From: Candidatus Liberimonas magnetica
GTDB taxonomy: Bacteria > Elusimicrobiota > Endomicrobiia > Endomicrobiales > JAFGIL01
NCBI GenBank assembly: GCA_020523885.1
Contig: JAJAPY010000017.1
Span: 2,492 to 66,491, forward strand
Direction of reading: 5' to 3'
Length of the DNA stretch: 64,000 nucleotides
Shown: piece by piece, positions 1-8,751 of the stretch
Layout of the letters: every line of letters starts with the position of its first letter
Position numbering within the stretch: the stretch's first letter is position 1
Translations under genes and position numbers: made by a program
Notes under the pieces: generated by a model
What the model was told of the DNA's origin: nothing
Seen by the model: the letters and a program-made list of their open reading frames with translations, nothing else
Databases searched by the model: none

Positions 1-1040
1 AGATCGCTTAATATCTGAGCTCCTATTCCGTAGTCCCTTAGATCCGCAGGAAATCCAAGAGCAAGGTTTGCTTCCACTGTGTCGAGTCCCTTTTTCTGCT
101 GGAGTTCGTAAGCATGCATCTTATTTACAAGACCTATTCCCCTACCTTCCTGAAGCATATATAGTACTACACCCGTGCCTACTTTGTCCACTATTTTCAT
201 AGCTTTATCAAGCTGGCCGCCGCAATCGCACCTTAAAGAATGGAATATATCCCCCGTGATGCAGGATGAATGAACCCGTACTAAAACGTTCTTCTTACCA
301 CTAACTTTACCTTTTACAAGGGCTATATGAGTTTCTTTTTTTAGGATATCTTCGTAAAGGTAAAGTTTAAAATCGCCGAATTTCGTAGGAAGGTCTACGG
401 AAATAAGTTCTTTTACAAGTTTTTCGTTCTTACGCCTGAATTCTATAAGGTCTTTAATGGTTATTATCTTAAGGCCGTAAGTCTTGGAAAATTTTATAAG
501 TTCCGGAACCCTTGACATCGTACCGTCTTCGTGCATTATTTCACAGATGACACCGGCAGGATAAAGGCCTGCCAGGCGGGAGATGTCAACAGATGCCTCT
601 GTGTGGCCTGCACGAACCAAAACCCCGCCGTCCTTATACCTGAGCGGGAATACATGCCCGGGCTTATAGAGGTCGGCCGGCTTAGTTTTTGGATTTAAAA
701 CTGTCCTGATAGTTACTGCCCTATCATGTGCGGAAATCCCTGTAGACGTACCGTGTTTTGCATCTATTGAAACGGTAAAATAAGCGTCTTTTACTTCATC
801 TGAACGCTCAACCATGCGCTGGATCTTGAGTTCATCAAGCCGTGAGCCAATAAGCGGAAGGCAGATAAGGCCTCTGCCGTACTTTGCCATAAAATTAATT
901 ATCTCCGGTGTGACCTTTTCTGCTGCGCAGACAAGGTCACCTTCATTTTCACGGCCCGGGTCATCTACAATAATTATCATTTTACCTTTTCTTATGTCTT
1001 CAATTGCTTCCGGTATAGTTGAAAATTTAAATTGATTCAT
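1..1040 (-). CDS. ribBA: Bifunctional 3,4-dihydroxy-2-butanone-4-phosphate synthase / GTP cyclohydrolase II (3' end outside window)
   Basis: Absent from the ORF track; manual translation from ATG at 1040 (RBS GGGAG) gives [35 protein letters not shown]...RAGHTEA...[20 protein letters not shown]...EGRGIG...[12 protein letters not shown]; lies downstream of ribD-ribE. Confidence 0.95.
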   Translation of the reverse strand, partial: MNQFKFSTIPEAIEDIRKGKMIIIVDDPGRENEGDLVCAAEKVTPEIINFMAKYGRGLICLPLIGSRLDELKIQRMVERSDEVKDAYFTVSIDAKHGTSTGISAHDRAVTIRTVLNPKTKPADLYKPGHVFPLRYKDGGVLVRAGHTEASVDISRLAGLYPAGVICEIMHEDGTMSRVPELIKFSKTYGLKIITIKDLIEFRRKNEKLVKELISVDLPTKFGDFKLYLYEDILKKETHIALVKGKVSGKKNVLVRVHSSCITGDIFHSLRCDCGGQLDKAMKIVDKVGTGVVLYMLQEGRGIGLVNKMHAYELQQKKGLDTVEANLALGFPADLRDYGIGAQILSD

Positions 1041-1055
1041 TTTAGCTCCCACTCA

Positions 1056-1150
1056 AGCGTTTAGCGTAGAGCGTATAGCGGATAGAAAAGTCAAAATCTT
1101 TAAGGACTTTTAGCATTTCCTATACGCTAAACGCTATCCGCTCTACGCTA
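1056..1150. repeat. Inverted repeat built from AGCGTAT-type heptamers
   Basis: Left arm AGCGTTT AGCGTAG AGCGTAT AGCGGAT AG; right arm CTATACG CTAAACG CTATCCG CTCTACG CTA; inner stem AAAAGTC...GACTTTT. Confidence 0.85.
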
Positions 1151-1774
1151 AATAAATCCGTTCTCTTTTAAAAAATTTGCGGTTAATTTATTATATTTTT
1201 TATGATATTTTACTATATTTTCAATGTATTTTGCTAATATATCTGTTTCAATATTCACTAAGTCACCTATTTTCTTATGCGAAAGCGAGGTATTCTTAAA
1301 TGTGAGAGGTACTATAGCAGTCATAAATGAGTTCTCATTGATTTCAGCTATTGTTAGGCTTATTCCATCAACCGCAATTGAACCTTTTAAGGCAATATAA
1401 GGCATTAATTCACGATTAATTTCAATATAGAATTCAAAGAAATCGTTATTATTATGAGTAATTTTTGTTACTTTGCCTGTGCCTTCAATATGACCTAAAA
1501 CAATATGACCCCCAAAACGTGAATTTGCATACATGGCTCTTTCAAGGTTAACAAAATCCCCAGCTTTTAATTTAGAAAAATTACTTTTTCTTGCAGTTTC
1601 AGGGCTGACATCAAAACCTATCTTATTTCCAATTGTTTTTGTAGAAGTAAGGCATATTCCGTTTACAGATACGCTATCGCCTGTTTTAATATTGTCAAGA
1701 TTTGTGCTTAAAACAATGTTTTTGCCTGTTATCTTTTCAATTTTGCCTAAATCTTCAATTATCCCGGTAAACAT
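1148..1774 (-). CDS. ribE: Riboflavin synthase alpha chain
   Basis: N-terminal MFTGII signature, GDSVSVNGICLT, VNLERA, GGHIVLGH, GSIAVDGISLT, VNIETD; start overlaps ribD stop. Confidence 0.96.
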   Translation of the reverse strand: MFTGIIEDLGKIEKITGKNIVLSTNLDNIKTGDSVSVNGICLTSTKTIGNKIGFDVSPETARKSNFSKLKAGDFVNLERAMYANSRFGGHIVLGHIEGTGKVTKITHNNNDFFEFYIEINRELMPYIALKGSIAVDGISLTIAEINENSFMTAIVPLTFKNTSLSHKKIGDLVNIETDILAKYIENIVKYHKKYNKLTANFLKENGFI

Positions 1775-2865
1775 TATATTCTGCCCCTCAAGATAAAATC
1801 CTTACCCAGTTTTGAAACATGGAAAGTTTTCAGGTTTATGGCCTTTGAAACCTTAGCTACACCCGTACCTTCAATGGGAGTTTTGGCATCCCTGCCGCCT
1901 ATTATCTTTGGTGAAACAGCTAAAATAATTTCATCAACTATACCGTCTTCTAATGCCTTTGCAGCTGTTTCGCCTCCACCTTCAAGCAATACATTATATA
2001 TTCCATATTTCATTAACAATTTCAATATATTTTTAAAGTTAATATATCCTTTCACAGATGGCATTTTTACAGGTATAACGCCAGGTCTTTTAGCTAAAGC
2101 TTCAAGTTTTGCTTTAACTTTATTTGATGAATATATTATGATGGTTGATATATTGCCGTCAACTACTTTGTAGTTTAAAGGTGTCTTTAGCTCCGGGTCA
2201 ATAATTATTCTAACCGGATTTGAACCAAATCCATGGCTTGAAAGCTCAGGATTATCCTTTAATACAGTGTTTACCCCCACTAAGATGCCGTCCATTTTAG
2301 ATCTAAGCTTATGAACAAATGCCCTGGACTCTGGGCCTGATATCCATTTGGAGTCGCCGGTTCTTGCAGCTATTTTACCATCAACTGACATCGCCATTTT
2401 AAGCACTACACGGCTCCTATTATACTTTAATCCGGTCAAATAACGTTCGTTTTGAAGCATACTTTGTTGACTTAAAACACCTGTAGTAACTTTTATTCCT
2501 TTCTTTGAAAGATATTTTATTCCCTTTCCAAAAACTTCCGGGTTCGGGTCTTCAATGGATGTTACAACCCTTTTTACCCCTGCTTTTACAATACTTTCTG
2601 CGCAAGGCGGTGTTTTTGCCCAATGTGTGCATGGTTCTAGGGTAACATACAAAGTTGAACCTGAAGCGTTCCTGCCTGCCTGTTTTAAAGCGTTTATTTC
2701 TGCATGTGGACCGCCAAAATACTCGTGATACCCTCTGCCGATTATCTTATTATCTTTAACTAAAACACATCCGACCATTGGGTTTGGATGAACACGGCTT
2801 GCCCCGCGTTTTGCAAGAGCAAACGCTATTTTCATATATTTTTTGTCTAAGGCCTGCTTTTCCAT
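1774..2865 (-). CDS. ribD: Diaminohydroxyphosphoribosylaminopyrimidine deaminase / reductase
   Basis: PNPMVGC, HAE...TLEPC.H..KTPPC Zn-deaminase motif; SVDGKIA, SKWIS, DNP.L, LEGG reductase motifs. Confidence 0.97.
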   Translation of the reverse strand: MEKQALDKKYMKIAFALAKRGASRVHPNPMVGCVLVKDNKIIGRGYHEYFGGPHAEINALKQAGRNASGSTLYVTLEPCTHWAKTPPCAESIVKAGVKRVVTSIEDPNPEVFGKGIKYLSKKGIKVTTGVLSQQSMLQNERYLTGLKYNRSRVVLKMAMSVDGKIAARTGDSKWISGPESRAFVHKLRSKMDGILVGVNTVLKDNPELSSHGFGSNPVRIIIDPELKTPLNYKVVDGNISTIIIYSSNKVKAKLEALAKRPGVIPVKMPSVKGYINFKNILKLLMKYGIYNVLLEGGGETAAKALEDGIVDEIILAVSPKIIGGRDAKTPIEGTGVAKVSKAINLKTFHVSKLGKDFILRGRI

Positions 2866-2933
2866 ATGGAATCCCCCGGCATTACAACCTTCATCTCCTA
2901 TCTCGTCAAGTCGTGATGCGGCGAGATAAAATC

Positions 2934-2968
2934 AAAAGTCCTCGAAAAGATAATTTCTTCGGGGACTT
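2934..2968 (-). terminator. Riboswitch-coupled intrinsic terminator
   Basis: Minus strand AAGTCCCCGAAG...TTTCGAGGACTTTT hairpin with T tract; its 5' arm CCCCGAAG is complementary to the aptamer 5' end CTTCGGGG (antiterminator). Confidence 0.8.
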
Positions 2969-3007
2969 AGCTTATTTAATAAATTAATTATTTAATTAAT
3001 ATTATTC

Positions 3008-3185
3008 AATCTTCTTTTATCCGGACTTACCGCCATAGGCGGATCACCGTCGGCATCCGATTTTCACGGATTCAGTCCTGAACTTTATATTTAGGACACG
3101 TAGGCTTTCTCCGCTAAAACGCTTTTTAAATTAAAGATACGGAGTTTACTACCGATAGGGATTTTCACCCTTCCCCGAAGATATG
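3008..3185 (-). ncRNA. FMN riboswitch (RFN element)
   Basis: Minus strand TATCTTCGGGGAAGGGTGAAAATCCCTATCGGTAGT...AAGCCTACG...GTGAAAATCGGATGCCGACGGT...AGTCCGGATAAAAGAAGA matches the RFN consensus; directly upstream of ribD. Confidence 0.93.
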
Positions 3186-3200
3186 CTTAAATTCTATACA

Positions 3201-3229
3201 AATTTATAAAAAAATTAGAGATATGTCAA
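3201..3229 (-). promoter_or_regulatory. Putative sigma70 promoter of the rib operon
   Basis: TTGACA-N17-TAAATT just upstream of the riboswitch. Confidence 0.5.
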
Positions 3230-3271
3230 GTTTTTGCGTCTATCACGCTGCGTCTTGCCGCCTTTTTTGCC

Positions 3272-5710
3272 CTACTGTAAATACCCCAGGGTTTTCATTG
3301 TTTTTATTTTTTCCTGAGTCAGCTTGTTTTCTGACATACCTGTTTTAACGATATTTTTAAATATCTTAACATTATTAGCCTGAAATTCATGAAGGAATTC
3401 TGTGACTTTTTTATAAAGAAAAAGATTAGGCAGGTAATTATTAAAATAGCCCTCTTCTGTTTTATCGGTATTTAAGTTAAAGAACCTTAATAAATAATAA
3501 TTCGTTTTTGTCTTTTTAGACAAGTACGAAATGAAATCGCCCTCAACACTCTTTGAATAAAGAATATGCATATTTTTATGGATTAGCGAAGCATCGTTAT
3601 CCTTCAGAGGGCTAGAATACTCTTTATTGGTCATCTCCTCCGAAATCAATGCCCTGTTATTCCAGTAGGGCATATCTTTGCCAAAAATTAACGGCAGCAG
3701 TGAATCTCCCTGTAATAAAAAAGATGACTTGTCGATTTTTACCAGGTCTAAAACTGTCGGAGTTATATCCAGAAGCTGGACAGGCTGTTTGATTTTAAGG
3801 TTTTTTGGCAGTTTATCAGGGTAATAAATTAAAAATGGGACTTTGATAACCTGCCTGTAGCTTGGCGGCTGGTGCAGCCAGAAAGTATGTTCACCCAAAA
3901 ATTCTCCATGGTCAGCGATATGAATTATTACCGTAGTATCATACATTCCGAGTTTTTTTAGCTTATTTACCAGTTTATTAAAAATAAAATCATTATGCCT
4001 GACTGAACCGTCATACAGGTCACGCCTTCCCTGTAAAGTTGGCGAACTTATATAGGGCGGATCAAATTCCGGGTCTCTTTTCTCAGCGATAGATATCTTT
4101 GTATCTTTATTATTTAAATACCAGGCATCAAAAGGCTTTGGCGCTTGATAGGGGCCGTGTGGTTTTATTTTATGCACGTAAAGAAACAGATTTCTATCGG
4201 TATTATTGTCAAGCCATTCAAATAAGATGCCCGGATTCATAGGTCCCTTTGAAATCTTATCTGCAGTAAAGCTGTATCCGGGGTGAAGGTTTGTAGCGTG
4301 AGTAGAAAATGTATTCTCGGAAAATGCAGCTGTTTCAAAACCCTGGTTTCTCATGATTTCAGGCAGTCTGAGGAATTTGTCATCCAAAATGTCAAACACA
4401 CGCCAGACTCCGTTTGAAGAAGCGTAAAGTGAAGTCATAAATGAAGAGCACGAAGTTGCTGTATCTGTGGTTTGCGATATGGCATTAAGGAATAGGATAC
4501 CATCTTTGAGCAAAAATGTCTTAGCAGGAGTAGTATTTCTTTTGTAGTCGTAACAAGACATATTATCGGCTCTTAACGCGTCTTCAAGCCAAATTATTAC
4601 ATTAACCCGGTCTTTTGGTGGTTCATAAATAACAGGGTTTCCCCAAAAAGCGATGTTGCCTCCGGAGCTGATAGTTTCAAAGGTAATTTCTACCAGGGTG
4701 TCCGACCATTTACTTACATCTATCTTGAAATCAAACCAATTTGATGAATTATTTATTGTCTTGGTATAGATTACTTGATTATTACCGCCGTTTTTAAATG
4801 TAACATTGAATTTTACAGGATTAGTATTTTTTAGTACCCCGATCGATGATTTAAAAAACATCCTGCCTTTAGGGATCTTAAGAGTATATTTGGCTTTTGC
4901 AGGGGTTAGAAAATACATAGCCTTTTTTATAATACCATCCTTGGCTTCGTAAGTATCGCCATAAAGAGCTTTGGAGTATTTATTGTTTGATGAAATAAAA
5001 TTTATATATTTTATTTCGATTTTATCCTCACTTCTAAAGTAAAGGCATATATTATTTACCGTCATTTCAGATTCCTTAAATAACAAGGAATCAATTATGT
5101 AAGTATGATAATTACCGTCCGGAATTATGTCTAGATTCAATATAGTTGCTATTTTTGGATCCATAGCTATTTTCTTAAAATCAAATTCAGCCTTATCTGT
5201 CATATAAAGTGTCATTTTATTGTTATTGTTTGTTTTTAGTTTTATTTCAATGTTTTTAATATTTTTAAAAGGTATATTTAAATCCTTCTTAATATTAATG
5301 TATTTATCGCTTTCAACAAGATCTTTAAGTTTATTGGCGGAAATATATACTTTGCGAAGCTTACCGTCAAACAATTTTTTGTCAGCGTCAAAATTAATTA
5401 AATAAGAACTGTCTCCCCGTGTATTTATTCTTGATTTTGGGATGGCCAATTTTGCATCCGAAAGATGTTCGTCAAACAGGTAATAGAAGGAATTAAGGGG
5501 GTTTGGTTTAAGATTTTTAAGTACCTTGGTTTTATCAAATTGTGAGGAATTCTTTAGGGTCAATTGCTGCCTATTAATTATTGAGCTCATAGCTTTTGAT
5601 AAACCAAATAAATTCAACCCGTATGAAATAGTATTAATGACTAAGGCAATTGAAATCAGCACAGCGGCTAATAAGGTTAATAGGAAAAGATATTTTAATA
5701 TTTTATTCAT
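3272..5710 (-). CDS. Membrane-anchored sulfatase-like hydrolase/transferase (AlkP superfamily), paralog 1
   Basis: N-terminal TM helix; EDALRAD, TTP, SQTTDTATSCSSFMTSLY, PHGPY, YDG.V, ADHGE, QVIKVPFLI, DITPT; no C/SxPxR motif. Confidence 0.85.
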   Translation of the reverse strand: MNKILKYLFLLTLLAAVLISIALVINTISYGLNLFGLSKAMSSIINRQQLTLKNSSQFDKTKVLKNLKPNPLNSFYYLFDEHLSDAKLAIPKSRINTRGDSSYLINFDADKKLFDGKLRKVYISANKLKDLVESDKYINIKKDLNIPFKNIKNIEIKLKTNNNNKMTLYMTDKAEFDFKKIAMDPKIATILNLDIIPDGNYHTYIIDSLLFKESEMTVNNICLYFRSEDKIEIKYINFISSNNKYSKALYGDTYEAKDGIIKKAMYFLTPAKAKYTLKIPKGRMFFKSSIGVLKNTNPVKFNVTFKNGGNNQVIYTKTINNSSNWFDFKIDVSKWSDTLVEITFETISSGGNIAFWGNPVIYEPPKDRVNVIIWLEDALRADNMSCYDYKRNTTPAKTFLLKDGILFLNAISQTTDTATSCSSFMTSLYASSNGVWRVFDILDDKFLRLPEIMRNQGFETAAFSENTFSTHATNLHPGYSFTADKISKGPMNPGILFEWLDNNTDRNLFLYVHKIKPHGPYQAPKPFDAWYLNNKDTKISIAEKRDPEFDPPYISSPTLQGRRDLYDGSVRHNDFIFNKLVNKLKKLGMYDTTVIIHIADHGEFLGEHTFWLHQPPSYRQVIKVPFLIYYPDKLPKNLKIKQPVQLLDITPTVLDLVKIDKSSFLLQGDSLLPLIFGKDMPYWNNRALISEEMTNKEYSSPLKDNDASLIHKNMHILYSKSVEGDFISYLSKKTKTNYYLLRFFNLNTDKTEEGYFNNYLPNLFLYKKVTEFLHEFQANNVKIFKNIVKTGMSENKLTQEKIKTMKTLGYLQ

Positions 5711-5733
5711 AAAAGAGCCAATAATAAAATCTA

Positions 5734-6528
5734 TCAGCCGGAAGCTATCTTAAATAACGTAGAAACGCCCAAAAAAGTTATGAATACCCCAACATATAAT
5801 TTAAGTTTAACAACATTGACTTTTTTTACTGTAAGAGCGGCAAAGGGAACAGCAGGAACAGCTGCCAGGATCAATAAACCTGTAAGTTTCCAGTCTATAG
5901 CTTTTCCCATGACAATATAGACAAGGAACCCAACCAGACAGGTAACGGCTTCAGCAAAAGCAGTTATACCTACTGCATTTTTTGCGCTTACACCTGAAAG
6001 TATCTGGCCTCCCATCACAAGAGGGCCGTATCCGCCTCCGGATATACCCTTGTTAAAAGCAGCAAGGAAACTAATACCCATTATCTTACGCCACGAAAAT
6101 GCCATGGGCTTAGTAACGGAAAAAAGTATCAATAAACCCATTGCAGTAACTAAAATACCGATATAGAGGATCAACAGCCACTTTGGGACCTTTAAGGCTA
6201 TAATAACGGATATTATTGCTCCAAGCGAACTTATAATACCGAGATACAATGCTACTTTAAAATCATCGGACTTCATACTAAGATCTACATTTGATAAGTT
6301 GTGGTGCAATAAACATGCAGCGATATCCGTAATGAGCTGTGATATTAGTATGGCAGGAACAACGTATACAGGGTTATATCCTAAGATGATCAGGATAGGG
6401 GCAAGAGCTGTCCCGTACCCCATGCCCAGGCTGGAGTCAAGATACTCGCTTATAAATGCTATTATTCCTACTAAAGGATTCATAAATTCTGAGACAAGCC
6501 GCTTAAATTTAATATTTGATTTTAACAA
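5734..6528 (-). CDS. TauE/SafE (TSUP) family sulfite/organosulfur transporter
   Basis: DSSLGMGYG and GISGGGYG half-repeat motifs, about 8 TM helices; real start may be the ATG at 6483. Confidence 0.88.
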   Translation of the reverse strand: MLKSNIKFKRLVSEFMNPLVGIIAFISEYLDSSLGMGYGTALAPILIILGYNPVYVVPAILISQLITDIAACLLHHNLSNVDLSMKSDDFKVALYLGIISSLGAIISVIIALKVPKWLLILYIGILVTAMGLLILFSVTKPMAFSWRKIMGISFLAAFNKGISGGGYGPLVMGGQILSGVSAKNAVGITAFAEAVTCLVGFLVYIVMGKAIDWKLTGLLILAAVPAVPFAALTVKKVNVVKLKLYVGVFITFLGVSTLFKIASG

Positions 6529-6624
6529 ACTAGGCCGGACAAGTCAAGGAATCTAGGCTAAATGAGGATTTTAATTGATTTTTATCTATAATTTTGATAG
6601 TTTATTCACAAATGGAGGCTGCAA

Positions 6625-8691
6625 TTGTTTTTTGGATACATTGACACCGGAACCGGTTACACTATAATTAGTTCTTTTACCTGGATACTGGGGTTATTAA
6701 TTAGTATATTCGGGGTATTTTTATTATATATTAAGCGTATATTTAAATTCATAAAAAATAATTATGAATTATTAATAATTATCCTTATTTTTATAATTCT
6801 ATCAATTTGTACCTTAGGAGTAATTATGAATAAAGGTAAATCGACTTTTGAAAAAAAACTTGTGATCCTGGGTTTTGACGGCTTAAGCCCGGAGATACTT
6901 GAACCAATGATGAAGGAAGGCAGACTTCCTAATTTTTCATACCTTAAAGAGAAAGGTTCTTACAGCAGGCTGTCTACAACCAACCCGTCGCAATCCCCGG
7001 TTGCCTGGTCTTCATTTGCTACCGGTAAAAATCCCGGCAAAACCGCAATATTTGATTTTATCGTGAGGGACCCGAAAACTTACGCATTGGACCTATCTAT
7101 CTCAAATATGAAAAACGGCAAACCTGTCAAGATAGTTCAATCAAAAGCATTCTGGGATTATACTTCAGAGCTTAAAATACCTACAGTTATTATTACCTGC
7201 CCGGTAACTTTTCCTCCAGATAAGATCTACGGCAGGATGCTTTCAGGCATAGGCGTTCCGGACATACTTGGGACTGAAGGCACATTCACTTTCTACACTT
7301 CACAAGAGCTGGATAAATCCAAATTTATCGGAGGAAATGTCTTTAAGGTAGAAATGGCTTCCGAAATGGAGCTAGACCTCATAGGGCCGAAGGTAAATAC
7401 CGTTACGAAGCAATCAGAGAACGTAAAGGTTCCTTTTAAAGTGAAGGCCCTTAAAGATGAAAACGGCATAGAGATAGAATGTCAAAATGATAAATTTACT
7501 CTCAGGCAGGGCCAATGGAGCGGCTGGAAGGAAGTGGAGTTTAAAATTGACTGGGTAACGAAATTAAAAGGTATTTTTAAATTCTACCTGGTTGACACAA
7601 GCCAGGGATTTAACCTTTATATAAGCCCTATAAATTATGATCCAAGAGATCCTTTCTACCAGATATCTTACCCCAAAGGTTACAGCAAAGAACTGGCAGG
7701 AGCTATCGGCCTTTATTATACCCAGGGAATGCCCATGGATACCTGGGCGGTCAATGAAAATCGGATCACAGAAGAACCTTTTATAGAACAGGTCAACGAA
7801 GTTTTTAAAGAAAAAAATGCAATGCTTGATTTTGAAATGAACAGGTTTGAGAAAGGTGTTTTGTTCTGTTATTTTGAATCATCAGATATAATCCAGCATA
7901 TGTTCTGGCGCTATAGGGATACCAAACACCCGTTGTATGATAAAACTGCAGCACGGAAATACGGCAATATGATCCGGGATTGGTATATAAAACTGGATGA
8001 AACTCTCGGCAAGATTCTTAAGAACCTGGGCAGCAAAGATACTATCCTGGTTTTATCCGACCATGGATTTAATACTTACAGAAGAAGCGTACATGTAAAT
8101 ACCTGGCTTATGAAGAACGGCTATTTAAAACTTGTTAATGAGAATGAATTCGCCGGAAATGAATTATTAAATAATATCGACTGGTCAAAAACAAAAGCTT
8201 ATGCAATAGGTTTCGGGTCTGTTTACATCAATCAGGAAGGCAGAGAAAAGCAAGGCCTAGTTAAGCCCGGAAAAGAAACTGATACGGTAATAGATGAAAT
8301 AATACAAAAAATGGAAAAATGGACAGACGGCAGGTCAAATGATAAAATAATACACAAGGTATATAAAAAAGAGGATATTTTCAAAGGCCCTTATCTAAAA
8401 GAGGCGCCCGACCTTTATATAGGCTTTAATATCGGTTATCAGTCCTCCTGGCAAACCGCACTCGGAGGAGTACCAGATAAACTCGTTGAAGACAACATAA
8501 AAAAATGGTCGGGTTCACATTTGTTCGATCCATCTCTGGTGCCTGGAGTATTTTTGTCCAATAAAAAGGGTTTAATAGAACATCCGTCTATTTACGATAT
8601 TGCCTTTACAATATTAAAAATGATAGGCATCAGCGATAAGAAAATAAAAGAGTATGATCTGGATGGAACCTCATTATTTACGGAGCAATGA
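6625..8691 (+). CDS. Type I phosphodiesterase / nucleotide pyrophosphatase (AlkP superfamily) with N-terminal membrane segments
   Basis: GFDG, PSQSPVAWSSFATGKNPG, D.IQHMFW, SDHGF, WSGSH; GGAGG RBS before TTG start. Confidence 0.88.
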   Translation: MFFGYIDTGTGYTIISSFTWILGLLISIFGVFLLYIKRIFKFIKNNYELLIIILIFIILSICTLGVIMNKGKSTFEKKLVILGFDGLSPEILEPMMKEGRLPNFSYLKEKGSYSRLSTTNPSQSPVAWSSFATGKNPGKTAIFDFIVRDPKTYALDLSISNMKNGKPVKIVQSKAFWDYTSELKIPTVIITCPVTFPPDKIYGRMLSGIGVPDILGTEGTFTFYTSQELDKSKFIGGNVFKVEMASEMELDLIGPKVNTVTKQSENVKVPFKVKALKDENGIEIECQNDKFTLRQGQWSGWKEVEFKIDWVTKLKGIFKFYLVDTSQGFNLYISPINYDPRDPFYQISYPKGYSKELAGAIGLYYTQGMPMDTWAVNENRITEEPFIEQVNEVFKEKNAMLDFEMNRFEKGVLFCYFESSDIIQHMFWRYRDTKHPLYDKTAARKYGNMIRDWYIKLDETLGKILKNLGSKDTILVLSDHGFNTYRRSVHVNTWLMKNGYLKLVNENEFAGNELLNNIDWSKTKAYAIGFGSVYINQEGREKQGLVKPGKETDTVIDEIIQKMEKWTDGRSNDKIIHKVYKKEDIFKGPYLKEAPDLYIGFNIGYQSSWQTALGGVPDKLVEDNIKKWSGSHLFDPSLVPGVFLSNKKGLIEHPSIYDIAFTILKMIGISDKKIKEYDLDGTSLFTEQ

Positions 8692-8751
8692 AAAATGCCT
8701 TACCTGTTCCACTACAAGGAAATATATTTGTTTTTGTCCTGCTTTACTGCC

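Noticed and set aside
814-1035. 73 aa plus-strand ORF
   Set aside because: Antisense to ribBA, which the ORF track missed because it is truncated
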